In this document: positions 17,702 to 26,871 of the stretch, piece by piece
Layout of the letters: the number at the start of each line of letters is the position of its first letter
Numbering within the stretch: position 1 is the first letter of the stretch
From: Chthoniobacterales bacterium
GTDB lineage: Bacteria > Verrucomicrobiota > Verrucomicrobiia > Chthoniobacterales > UBA10450
NCBI GenBank assembly: GCA_045809745.1
Contig: JBJMXE010000091.1
Span: forward strand, 3,016 to 67,015
DNA length: 64,000 bases
Direction of reading: 5' to 3'
Made by a program: the position numbers and the translations under genes
Notes under the pieces: model-generated
What the model saw: only the letters and a program-made list of their open reading frames with translations
What the model was told of the DNA's origin: nothing
Databases searched by the model: none

Positions 17702-19240
17702 TTACCGGGCCAGGCTCAGCCGAAAAAACTTTTTCGGCGCCAAGGCGCTTGGAACAGGAGTTTTGAGCCTGAACTTCACCGTCTCAGTCTCGCCATCACC
17801 GGATCCAACAATACTGACCAACTCGATCTGGTTCCCACTCGTGTCCCAGGTCACAAGGTCGTCCGATACCTGAACTACGGCAGGATTTCCATTCCATCCA
17901 AGGAGCTGGTGGAACGCAAAGGTCAGGTATTTGGCCCCGTCGAACGATTCGATGGCCGTGCGGGGCAAGGCATTCGCGTCCGCTATTGGAATTCCGGCTA
18001 ACGGGTCAGTATTAAAAAAATATTCGAGACCGTTCGCGATCCCGTCTTTATCCGGATCGGCCGCCCAGCCGCTGATCTGAAGATTGTTTAATTGGTTAGT
18101 ATCGAAGTGGTCGCTCTGCCATTCCGCAAATGTTTGGGGTACCGGAGAGATTTCCACTGAATCTAAAACAACGTCTGCATCGTGATTCTCCAGTCCAACG
18201 TTCGAGAACTCTATGGTCGAAATCGAAGTCTCCGCGGTGAAGACAAAATGGTAGTGCTGAAGCTGAACCGCGCTCGAATTGAATGTGCTGAAGTAGGGCG
18301 GGTTAATTATTTGCTGGAATATTGGGGTGTTGCCAATCAACCGAACCCTGAGCATTTGAACAAAGTCGCTTATACCGTAAACCCCAGCATCGAAATCGAT
18401 CGAATATGCACGACCCGACGTGGTGAAGAACTGTTGCGAAAGAACATCGTCCTGGAAATCGCCGCCGGGCCCGAATGCAACTGAATGGCTGCCACTGCTG
18501 GCCGCTTCAGATCTGATCGCAGCCTCGCTCACGCCATAAACCGACCAGCCGAAAACGGTGCCGTTCGAATCGAACGGACCGGTCTCGAAATCCCCGTTAA
18601 CCAGAGGCAATAGGACCGGGGGCGGCAGAAGAGTTGGCACGACTGAAACGGTATCGACCATGACATCGGCGTTGAGGTTGCCCAAACCGATGTTGGTAAA
18701 TTGCAGCGTTGTGCTCGAGCTATCGGCAATGAAGCCGTAGCGATAATGTCGAAACACTACAAAGCTCGGATCGAATGTGCTCGCGTCAGGCGGTGTGACT
18801 ATCTGGTCAAGCAAAGACGCCACCCCAGAGACTTCAACAGCGAGTTGCAACGGAGCCTCGGTCCGGACTCCGAACACTCCGGCATCAAACTGCACCAGGT
18901 ACGCTTGTCCCGCCGTGGTTCCAAACGTTTGCGACAAGATATTAGCGTCGCTGTCGCCGCCGATACTGAGTGCGGCTGCGAAACTGCCGCTGGTTGCGCC
19001 TTGCATTGCCGAATGAATGAATCCGGCGCCGAGAATATCCCAATCGAGAATGGTACTGGATGGGTCGTGCGGTACCGCTTCGAAGTCCCCGTTGTGGATG
19101 AGATTCTGCGCATCCATCGCCGCGGCGACACAAAAGCTAAGCAGTACAAGAATGATGGGGCGGAGTTGCACGGGCTGGAGGGACAGGGGGACTGGTTCGG
19201 CGACGGTATCACAAAGTGAGCGGTCAGCTAGAACCAACAC
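17702..19240 (-). CDS. secreted protein with two tandem DUF642/CBM-like domains, a TSP3-like Asp motif and an FFRL-type C-terminal domain
   Basis: Two ~165-aa repeats begin NLIHNGDFE and LVNGDFETGPF. They are followed by DPDKDGIANGLEYFFNTDP and a C-terminus ending KKFFRLSLAR. The real start may be GTG 19171, just before the signal peptide. Confidence 0.7.
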   Translation of the reverse strand: MLVLADRSLCDTVAEPVPLSLQPVQLRPIILVLLSFCVAAAMDAQNLIHNGDFEAVPHDPSSTILDWDILGAGFIHSAMQGATSGSFAAALSIGGDSDANILSQTFGTTAGQAYLVQFDAGVFGVRTEAPLQLAVEVSGVASLLDQIVTPPDASTFDPSFVVFRHYRYGFIADSSSTTLQFTNIGLGNLNADVMVDTVSVVPTLLPPPVLLPLVNGDFETGPFDSNGTVFGWSVYGVSEAAIRSEAASSGSHSVAFGPGGDFQDDVLSQQFFTTSGRAYSIDFDAGVYGISDFVQMLRVRLIGNTPIFQQIINPPYFSTFNSSAVQLQHYHFVFTAETSISTIEFSNVGLENHDADVVLDSVEISPVPQTFAEWQSDHFDTNQLNNLQISGWAADPDKDGIANGLEYFFNTDPLAGIPIADANALPRTAIESFDGAKYLTFAFHQLLGWNGNPAVVQVSDDLVTWDTSGNQIELVSIVGSGDGETETVKFRLKTPVPSALAPKKFFRLSLAR

Positions 19241-19373
19241 AGGCTGGTTCGCTAAATTTTCACAACTCCGATATCTGCTATAAAAACACGACTGGCCATT
19301 ATGGCTAACGACCTGTTCGTCCGAGTTCGCCGGTCAGACCGCACTCGGCCGATCGGTATCGTGCGGAGTGGAC

Positions 19374-22300
19374 TCAGCGCTCCGCGCCGCCAATCGGCGG
19401 CAGCCCAGACGCTCGCAATGTCTCGTTCAAAGCCGGTAGTTCGGTCGCAATAGTCCGATTCCATTGATCAATCGCCGGCCCGGAGAGGTTTTGAACTTCG
19501 TTCACCCCAGCTTTCATTGGTGGAGTGACCGGCGCATCGCAGCCCTGAATGTTGTCGAACAGCGCTTTGGCAGCTTCGAGTGCATGGATCGAAAGCTGCG
19601 CGTCCGGTCTGGCATTCGGCGGCCCGAGTTCTTTCAACTTCGCGGTCAGCGCATTGACTTTGTCCAGCACCGACGGCTCTGGCCGCTGATCTTTTAACTT
19701 CTCGAGCTGCTCGACCAGCAATCTGAAGTCGCGGCCGATGGGCTCCAGCTTAGCCCTGATTTCAACGAGCCGTTGCGACAGATCCGCCTGTTCCTGCAAC
19801 TGGGCAGAGGACATGTTCACCCGCGGATCCATTTTCACGATCATTGGCTGGGAGTAAGTTTTCCCATCTGCAGTGAGCACGACGGTGTAATCGCCAGGAA
19901 CCACCCAGGGCGAGGTCGGTGCCGGCGCGGTATTGTGGAAAACGGCTGCAATCGGATACTCCGGCTCGGTCCCGTTCAACGGCGCGGGGTGCATGTCCCA
20001 GAGGAACCGGTGAAGACCGCGTTGCGCGGAGAGGATCCCTGGCGGCCGAATCCAGTAGCGCGGAATTCTGAGCTTCGCCGGATCCGGTTGCGCTGGTGCA
20101 TCGGTGCTGGAATAACGCCTAACGACAGCGCCTTTGGAGTTTTTGATCTCCAGGGTGACCGGAGCCGTCGAATCACTCGCGAGATAGTAATCGATGATGG
20201 CGCCGTCCGGCGGATTTTCGCCAACTGGCTCGTCTGGCGGTAGCGGAGTGTCAGGGTTCGTATTCCAGCGCACCCGAACTGCCGGCTGCGGTTTGAATAA
20301 CACCGCCTGCCGCTGACCCTCAGCGCCCTGGCGCAGCGGCGTAATGTTGTCGAGAATCCAGAAGCCGCGCCCGTGCGTGGCGATGGCCAAATCGTCATCC
20401 TTCACGATCAAATCGCGAACCGAAGTAGCCGGCAGGTTCAGCCGGAGCGGCTGCCAATTCTCACCATCATCAAAAGAGACGTAAACACCGCGCTCGGTTC
20501 CGGCGAAGAGAAGGCCTTTCCGGCGTGGATCCTCCCGAACGGCATTCACCGTTTGGCCGGGCGGAATACCCGTAACGATTTCCGTCCACGTTTTGCCTTC
20601 ATCATGCGTTCGGTAGATGTGAGGACGCACGTCATCCAGTCGCAACGTGTTGACCGCGGCATAGGCGGTGTTGGAATCAAAATGACCGGCATCGATGATT
20701 GAGATCTTTTGCCATGGTGTTAGCGCCGGCGGGGTGACGTCTCTCCAATTCTTGCCGGTATCAGTGGTTAGGTGGATGAGACCGTCATCGGTTCCACACC
20801 AGATGCGCTTCCCATCCAGAGGGGACGGTGCTACGGCGTATATTACCCCGCGCTGTTTGGCTTCAGCAGCGGCTGCGTCCCGGTATTTTCCGATGCTAAC
20901 CGGCAGATCGTAGCTCTTCCGCGTCAGATCGGGACTGATTTTCTGCCAGTGGTCTCCGCGGTCGCGCGTTTGCCACAGGGTGTTACCCGAGAAAAACAGC
21001 AGGTGCGGATCGAGCGGTGAAAAGATGATCGGCTGCGTCCGGATCATCCGGAAATCGGGTGACCGCACGGCTACCGGAAGGATGGACTGAGCTTGACCCG
21101 TCCGCCAATCGAACCGGCTTAGTTTACCGCCATAGACGATGTTAGGGTCTAGCGGATCGGCCACCACGTAGCCGTATTCTTCGGCTGCTACCGGATGCCA
21201 ATCACGGAATGTAATCGCACCATCGTTGCCCCTGCTGGCAATCCCGACGGATCCGCTTTCCTGCTGACCACTGTAAAGCCGATACGGAAAAGTGTTATCA
21301 GCTGTAACGTGATAGAGCTGCGCGGTGGATTGGTTGTACCACGAACTCCATGTCTGCCCGCCGTTAACGGTAACGATCGCACCCTGGTCACTGCCGAGCG
21401 CTATTATCTTAGGGTTCGCCGGATTAATCCAAACGTTTTGGTAATCGTCGCCGCCCGGGGCGCCTCGCCATCCATCCCATGTCCTGCCGCCATCGGTTGA
21501 TTTCCAGCAAACCACGCTTGCTGAATAGATGACATCGGGGTTCTTCGGATCGATGCGCACCACCGGCAAGTCGCCGCCGCCGATGCCAGCTGCCGGGCGA
21601 GGATCGTCGGTAGTTTTGCTCCACGTCGCGCCAGCATCGTTTGAGCGGTAAAGTTTCGATCCGGTAGGCGTTCTCACCGCCGCGATCACGATCTGCGGGG
21701 AACTGGCGGTAACGGCGAGATTTGCCTGCACGATATTTTCGGGGAGACCGCCCGCCAGCTGCTTCCACGTCTTGCCCGCATCGACCGATTTAAAAATGCC
21801 GCCGTTCGTTCCATCCCAGGTGCTGTTTTCCCATGGGCCTTCGCGTGACTGCCACAATGAGGCATAAACAACATCGGGATTCGCCGGGTCGATCTGCACG
21901 TCGCCCGCTCCAGTATTCTCATCGCGGTATAGAACCTTTTCGAAGGTTGCGCCACCATCCAACGACCGGAAGACGCCACGCTCCTCGTTAGGTCCGTAGG
22001 GGTGACCCGCGGCAGCAACGAACAGCCGATCAGGATTGAGCGGATCAACCGCGATTTGGGCAATCTGCTGAGCATCGCGCAAACCAAGGTGGTTCCAGGT
22101 TTTTCCGCCATCTATCGATTTGTAGATGCCGTCCCCGACGGAAAGATCGGGGCGATGCAGACCTTCGCCGCTGCCAACGTAGATCACTTCGGGGTTCGAC
22201 ACCGGTATGGCGATGGCGCCGACCGACGCGGTTGGTTGATCGTCAAAGATCGGCTCCCATGTCCGGCCGAAATCAGTGCTCTTAAAAACGCCGCCGTTTA

Positions 22301-22499
22301 CCTGCGCCATGTAGAAAACGTTCGGCTGCGATGGCACACCGCATAGGGCGCGGGTTCTGCCGCCACGATATGGACCGATGTTACGCCAGCGCAATGCGTC
22401 TTCGAACCGCAGTCCGTCAGCGCCGGCCGATGCAGGCGGTGGGTCGGCCGACAAAATAAAAACGAATAAACAACCAAACAGAAAGCGCACGATGGTCAT
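19374..22499 (-). CDS. secreted BNR/Asp-box repeat beta-propeller protein (sortilin/VPS10-like, GH74-like)
   Basis: ORF 19374..22670. ATG 22499 gives the signal peptide MTIVRFLFGCLFVFILSA. At least 10 Asp boxes are present: STDFGRTW, SIDGGKTW, SLDGGATF, SVDAGKTW, SNDAGATW, STDGGRTW, VNGGQTW, TDTGKNW, THDEGKTW, FDDGENW. Confidence 0.8.
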   Translation of the reverse strand: MTIVRFLFGCLFVFILSADPPPASAGADGLRFEDALRWRNIGPYRGGRTRALCGVPSQPNVFYMAQVNGGVFKSTDFGRTWEPIFDDQPTASVGAIAIPVSNPEVIYVGSGEGLHRPDLSVGDGIYKSIDGGKTWNHLGLRDAQQIAQIAVDPLNPDRLFVAAAGHPYGPNEERGVFRSLDGGATFEKVLYRDENTGAGDVQIDPANPDVVYASLWQSREGPWENSTWDGTNGGIFKSVDAGKTWKQLAGGLPENIVQANLAVTASSPQIVIAAVRTPTGSKLYRSNDAGATWSKTTDDPRPAAGIGGGDLPVVRIDPKNPDVIYSASVVCWKSTDGGRTWDGWRGAPGGDDYQNVWINPANPKIIALGSDQGAIVTVNGGQTWSSWYNQSTAQLYHVTADNTFPYRLYSGQQESGSVGIASRGNDGAITFRDWHPVAAEEYGYVVADPLDPNIVYGGKLSRFDWRTGQAQSILPVAVRSPDFRMIRTQPIIFSPLDPHLLFFSGNTLWQTRDRGDHWQKISPDLTRKSYDLPVSIGKYRDAAAAEAKQRGVIYAVAPSPLDGKRIWCGTDDGLIHLTTDTGKNWRDVTPPALTPWQKISIIDAGHFDSNTAYAAVNTLRLDDVRPHIYRTHDEGKTWTEIVTGIPPGQTVNAVREDPRRKGLLFAGTERGVYVSFDDGENWQPLRLNLPATSVRDLIVKDDDLAIATHGRGFWILDNITPLRQGAEGQRQAVLFKPQPAVRVRWNTNPDTPLPPDEPVGENPPDGAIIDYYLASDSTAPVTLEIKNSKGAVVRRYSSTDAPAQPDPAKLRIPRYWIRPPGILSAQRGLHRFLWDMHPAPLNGTEPEYPIAAVFHNTAPAPTSPWVVPGDYTVVLTADGKTYSQPMIVKMDPRVNMSSAQLQEQADLSQRLVEIRAKLEPIGRDFRLLVEQLEKLKDQRPEPSVLDKVNALTAKLKELGPPNARPDAQLSIHALEAAKALFDNIQGCDAPVTPPMKAGVNEVQNLSGPAIDQWNRTIATELPALNETLRASGLPPIGGAER

Positions 22500-22699
22500 G
22501 AAGCGTGAACAGTGGCTGAGATTCGATCGAATGGGAAGCGTGAGTGGACATCCCGATGACACCGGGTTCCCTATGCGAAGCACGAATCCAAACACAGTCG
22601 CCTTGCCAAATCGACGGAGATGGCAGCCGCGCGTTGAATTGAACGCCGACACTTCTATTCTGTAAGGCAAGCTGCTAGCGTCCCCCTTTTCGCGTCCTG

Positions 22700-25279
22700 A
22701 TGATTTTCGAGTGCCCTAATTGCAGCCAGAGCCTCGAAGTGGAGAATGCCGGGGCCGGTCAAACAATCCATTGTCCGACATGCGGACAGCCGGTAATCAT
22801 TCCGGATCCCTCGTTTGAGTCGGCGCAGGAGCAAACATCGGGAACAATTGGGCCTCGGCCGCCGATGCACGTCCCATTGCAGCCCGTCGCTCCGGGCGTG
22901 GCGAAGCCGCTGGTAAAGAAACGGCGAGGTTGCGGCTGCGGAAGCTCTCTGCTGCTCTTTCTTATCATCGCGGCCGCCGGATTCGTTTACCTGATGTACC
23001 GTTTCCAGGAATCACCGCACCAAACAGCGGGACGCCTAACTACGTTTGCACGTGGTCTTCTTCAGCATCGCGCTGAACCCGCGACAGAACAAGCGCCCGA
23101 ACAAACACCTGCGCCAACCATTCGACCTGACCCGATTGCCTGGATGAAACAGCACAAGGAGCGATGGCCGGCAGAGGTAATCTTGCGGGAGCCGTTTGAG
23201 TTCCCCGCGGTTTCGAACGGCAACGTTGTCGGATCGCTCAGAGTACCGGCCAGGGCGTCGGTGAAAGTGATCGACATCTCACAAAGCGAAATTGAAGCGG
23301 ACTACATGGGTGGGCGCAGGAAGGTTCCAATCGCCGCGACAGATCTGCGGGTGCGGGCAGAAGCTGCACTGGCTTCGTCCGAACGCGAACAGCCGGCGGG
23401 TCCCGGCCCTTCAGTCACGAACGAAATCGCGAATACGCAAGAGGTAGATTCATCGCGGGAAGCGGATCGCGACCAGATCAAGAGTGGCCTCGGCGCACTA
23501 TATACCGGGGCGGCCACCACCTTTCGGCTGTTCGCGCCTGCAAGTAAGAACGTAGCCGTCGTTCTTTACAATCAATCCACTGGCGAAGAAGGGCGGTCAG
23601 TTTATTCGTTGAAGCAGCAGCCTAACAATCTGTGGGAGACGAGTGTCCGGGGCGATTTGCGGGGCAAGTTTTACACGTTCCTGCTGGACCAGAAGAATTC
23701 GAAAGCTGCGCGGGAAATCTTGGATCCTTATGCGGTGAACTCGGTTGCTAATAGCTCCCGGGGACGGATCACCCCGTTGAATGCGCCACTCACCCATGGG
23801 CCGAGTCTGGCCTCCCCTACTGACGCTATCATTTATGAAATGCACGTCCGGGATTTCACCATTGCCCCGAGTTCCGGCGTTAAGCAGGCGGGGTTGTATC
23901 CCGGCTGGACCGAAAGCGGAGCGCGTCTGCCGGATGACGAGCAGATCAAAACCGGAATCGATCATCTGCGCGAGCTTGGCATCACCCATGTGGAATTGAT
24001 GCCGGTCCAGGATTTCGACAACGACGAAAGTAGCCGCAGCTATAATTGGGGCTACATCACCAGCGCGTTTTTCTCACCTGAAGGAATGTTTGCCACTAAT
24101 CCGGACGACGACACCCGCGTTCGTGAATTGAAGGCACTCATTCGTGCCCTTCATTCCGGCGGAATCGCTGTCATCATGGACGTGGTCTACAATCATACGT
24201 CGGGAAATTCGTCGCTACTGGCGATCTCACCCGATTATTACTATCGACATTCACCTAACGGTTCGCTGGCTAACGGCTCCGGTTGTGGAAATGAATTTAA
24301 GAGCGAGTCGCCGATGGGCCGGCGGTTGATCATCGATTCGTTAAAGTTCTGGGCGAAGGAGTATGGGGTAGATGGGTTCCGGTTTGATCTCATGGCATTG
24401 ATCGACCAGGAAACAATCCGCCAGGCGGATCGGGAGCTTAAGAAAATCAATCCCGGAATCATTTTGTTTGGAGAGCCGTGGACCGGCGGCACGACTCCGC
24501 TGCATGAGAAGACCGACAAACAAGCTCTTCGGCAGGTGCCGGCGGGCGTATTCAACGATGATTTTCGCAACGCCCTCAAAGGCTCGCCCGATCACGACGA
24601 TCCCGGATGGATTCAAAATGGATCCAAACGCGATGCGTTGAAGTCTGCCATGGTGATTAACGACTGGTGCCCGTCACCCGGCCAGTCAATCAACTACATG
24701 ACCTGCCACGACAATCTGGTGTTGTGGGACAAGCTCGTTCACTCAATGCCAAAAGCCGACGACGGTTTGAAGCTGGAGACGATGAAGCTCGGTTATCTGG
24801 CGTTGCTTACCTCGCAAGGGGTTCCATTTATGCATGGCGGCGAAGAATTCGCGCGAACCAAAGGCGGCAACAATAATTCGTTCGAAGCGCCGGATTCGGT
24901 GAACCAGGTTGATTGGAATTTGAAGCGGCAGCATCTGGATCTGTTCACCTACGTCCGTGATCTGATCGGGTTGAGGAAGTCACACCCGATGTTTCGATTG
25001 AGAACGCGCGCTGATGTCCGTTCTCGAGTTCAATTCATAAATGCCTCGGATTCTTCAGTCCTGATGTTTACCGTAAGCGGAGAGGGTGTTCCGGGTGAAG
25101 GATGGAAACGAGCGTGCGTCATTATGAATAGCGCGGACGAAAAAACGGCAGCGGTTAGCCTTCCGGGTGGGGAATGGCAGGTGGCGATGACTGAACAGGG
25201 GAGTGCAACGTCGCCGCGTCTGATTAGCGGGAAGGCGGAAGTTCGGTATAAGTCGGGGCTGGTGCTGTTCCAGCAATAA
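22700..25279 (+). CDS. membrane-anchored type I pullulanase / debranching enzyme (GH13) with N-terminal zinc ribbon
   Basis: N-terminal CPNC..CPTC ribbon and a TM helix (LLLFLIIAAAGFVYLMY). GH13 regions are present: VIMDVVYNHT, GFRFDLMA, GEPW, YMTCHDN. Confidence 0.85.
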   Translation: MIFECPNCSQSLEVENAGAGQTIHCPTCGQPVIIPDPSFESAQEQTSGTIGPRPPMHVPLQPVAPGVAKPLVKKRRGCGCGSSLLLFLIIAAAGFVYLMYRFQESPHQTAGRLTTFARGLLQHRAEPATEQAPEQTPAPTIRPDPIAWMKQHKERWPAEVILREPFEFPAVSNGNVVGSLRVPARASVKVIDISQSEIEADYMGGRRKVPIAATDLRVRAEAALASSEREQPAGPGPSVTNEIANTQEVDSSREADRDQIKSGLGALYTGAATTFRLFAPASKNVAVVLYNQSTGEEGRSVYSLKQQPNNLWETSVRGDLRGKFYTFLLDQKNSKAAREILDPYAVNSVANSSRGRITPLNAPLTHGPSLASPTDAIIYEMHVRDFTIAPSSGVKQAGLYPGWTESGARLPDDEQIKTGIDHLRELGITHVELMPVQDFDNDESSRSYNWGYITSAFFSPEGMFATNPDDDTRVRELKALIRALHSGGIAVIMDVVYNHTSGNSSLLAISPDYYYRHSPNGSLANGSGCGNEFKSESPMGRRLIIDSLKFWAKEYGVDGFRFDLMALIDQETIRQADRELKKINPGIILFGEPWTGGTTPLHEKTDKQALRQVPAGVFNDDFRNALKGSPDHDDPGWIQNGSKRDALKSAMVINDWCPSPGQSINYMTCHDNLVLWDKLVHSMPKADDGLKLETMKLGYLALLTSQGVPFMHGGEEFARTKGGNNNSFEAPDSVNQVDWNLKRQHLDLFTYVRDLIGLRKSHPMFRLRTRADVRSRVQFINASDSSVLMFTVSGEGVPGEGWKRACVIMNSADEKTAAVSLPGGEWQVAMTEQGSATSPRLISGKAEVRYKSGLVLFQQ

Positions 25280-25484
25280 GCGGGTAGCAGGCCGGCATCA
25301 AAACTCTCTCTCTATATATAGAGCGCCGGTCGGAAATGGATCGTCGCCCGCCGTGCTTACGCTCACGATAGTAGGCACGCCTCCTGCCCCACACCTTTGG
25401 CTGTGCCCGTCGCGTTAACCGTTCGAACTACATTATTGCCCGCGGCCAAGTTGACCTTCACAAACGTAGAAGGCTTAGGGCTCA

Positions 25485-26858
25485 ATGTGTTTTAGCTCGA
25501 TACCTGGTCGGCCGCTCGGTTGGGCTGCCTCGATCGCGTTGGCCGTCACATTTACATCGGGCGAGTCGACGGCCGAGACTGCCGCACCGCGCCATGATGC
25601 TTCGTTGCTCCAGCCTGAAATGGAGACGCAGGTGGCGGCGCTACCGCCTGGCGATTACATGTTCGCTGATTGGGGCGGCGTTCGATCGAACTTGCACGAG
25701 CTGGGGATTGATTTCTTCGGCTTCTACAACGCCATCATCAACGGCAACGTGGTGGGCGGATTTGATCCCGGCCACGCCACCTACGCGCACGACATCTGGC
25801 TGGGAGCGAAGTTCGATCTGGAGAGACTGTTTGGATGGACCGGCGGCTTGTTTGGCATCAGCTTCATCGATCGCGCCGGAGATGACCTAACGACACAGCA
25901 TATCGGCAGTATTTATTCGACTCAGCAGCTGGTCGGCGGCCAGCGGCCGTTCTTATACCAGCTTTATCTCCAGCAGAAGTTTGGAAGCTACATCACTGCC
26001 GAGGTAGGCCGTTACGGCGCCTCCGATGATTTCAATACTTCTCGATGGTACGGCTATGCCTTGAACAATGGCATCAACGGCAACATTCGAAATGTTCTGT
26101 TCGACACCCGCTTTTCAGCCTATCCGTTCGCGGTCTGGGCGGCGTCCGTGTTCCTTGACCCGACTCCGGAATTCCATCTCAAGGCCGGCGTATTTCAGGT
26201 TTCGGAAGGGATGTTCGAGAATGATGATAACGGGCTGAACTTCGGCATCGGCGACCGTGATGGTTACCTGGCGATCGTCCAAGTCGCCTGGACACCGGAG
26301 TTCTGCAAAACCGGGACAACTTCAGTTGCCGATCCCAAGAACGGGCCGCTGATGACGAAAGGCATGCCGGGTCATTACTGGTTAGGCGCAACATTCTCTC
26401 AGTGGGATCTTTACCAGAAATTTCTGGGCGGTTTTCTGGATCATTCCTACGGGTTTTATGCTCATGCCGATCAGATGGTTTATCGTGAACAGGTTGGCAG
26501 CGAGCAGGGCCTAACCGTATTTGTCGCGTCCGGTTATTACCCGCAGGAGGAAATCTCGCGTGTTCCATTCCAAATTAATGCCGGCCTGAACTACCGGGGC
26601 CTGTTCCCGGGCCGGGACAACGATCACACTATTGTTTATTTCATTTACGGCGATATCGGCAGCGACTACGCCAGAAGCGTGCAGAAGCCCGGTGGTCACC
26701 GTGCGCAATCAGAAAAGGTAATCGAAGTCGGTCACCGCTTTCAGGTTACCCGGTGGAGCTACATCCAGCCCGATCTGCAATGGGTGATCGACCCCGGCGG
26801 CACGGGTGACATTCCCAACGCCGTTGTGGTCGGCGCGCAAATGGGCGTGACCTTTTAA
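25485..26858 (+). CDS. carbohydrate-selective porin (OprB family)
   Basis: Signal peptide, beta-barrel-like alternating pattern, an OprB-like N-terminal region (DWGGVRSNLHELGIDF) and a C-terminal aromatic residue (GVTF). Confidence 0.75.
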   Translation: MCFSSIPGRPLGWAASIALAVTFTSGESTAETAAPRHDASLLQPEMETQVAALPPGDYMFADWGGVRSNLHELGIDFFGFYNAIINGNVVGGFDPGHATYAHDIWLGAKFDLERLFGWTGGLFGISFIDRAGDDLTTQHIGSIYSTQQLVGGQRPFLYQLYLQQKFGSYITAEVGRYGASDDFNTSRWYGYALNNGINGNIRNVLFDTRFSAYPFAVWAASVFLDPTPEFHLKAGVFQVSEGMFENDDNGLNFGIGDRDGYLAIVQVAWTPEFCKTGTTSVADPKNGPLMTKGMPGHYWLGATFSQWDLYQKFLGGFLDHSYGFYAHADQMVYREQVGSEQGLTVFVASGYYPQEEISRVPFQINAGLNYRGLFPGRDNDHTIVYFIYGDIGSDYARSVQKPGGHRAQSEKVIEVGHRFQVTRWSYIQPDLQWVIDPGGTGDIPNAVVVGAQMGVTF

Positions 26859-26871
26859 GGAGGACATCAAC

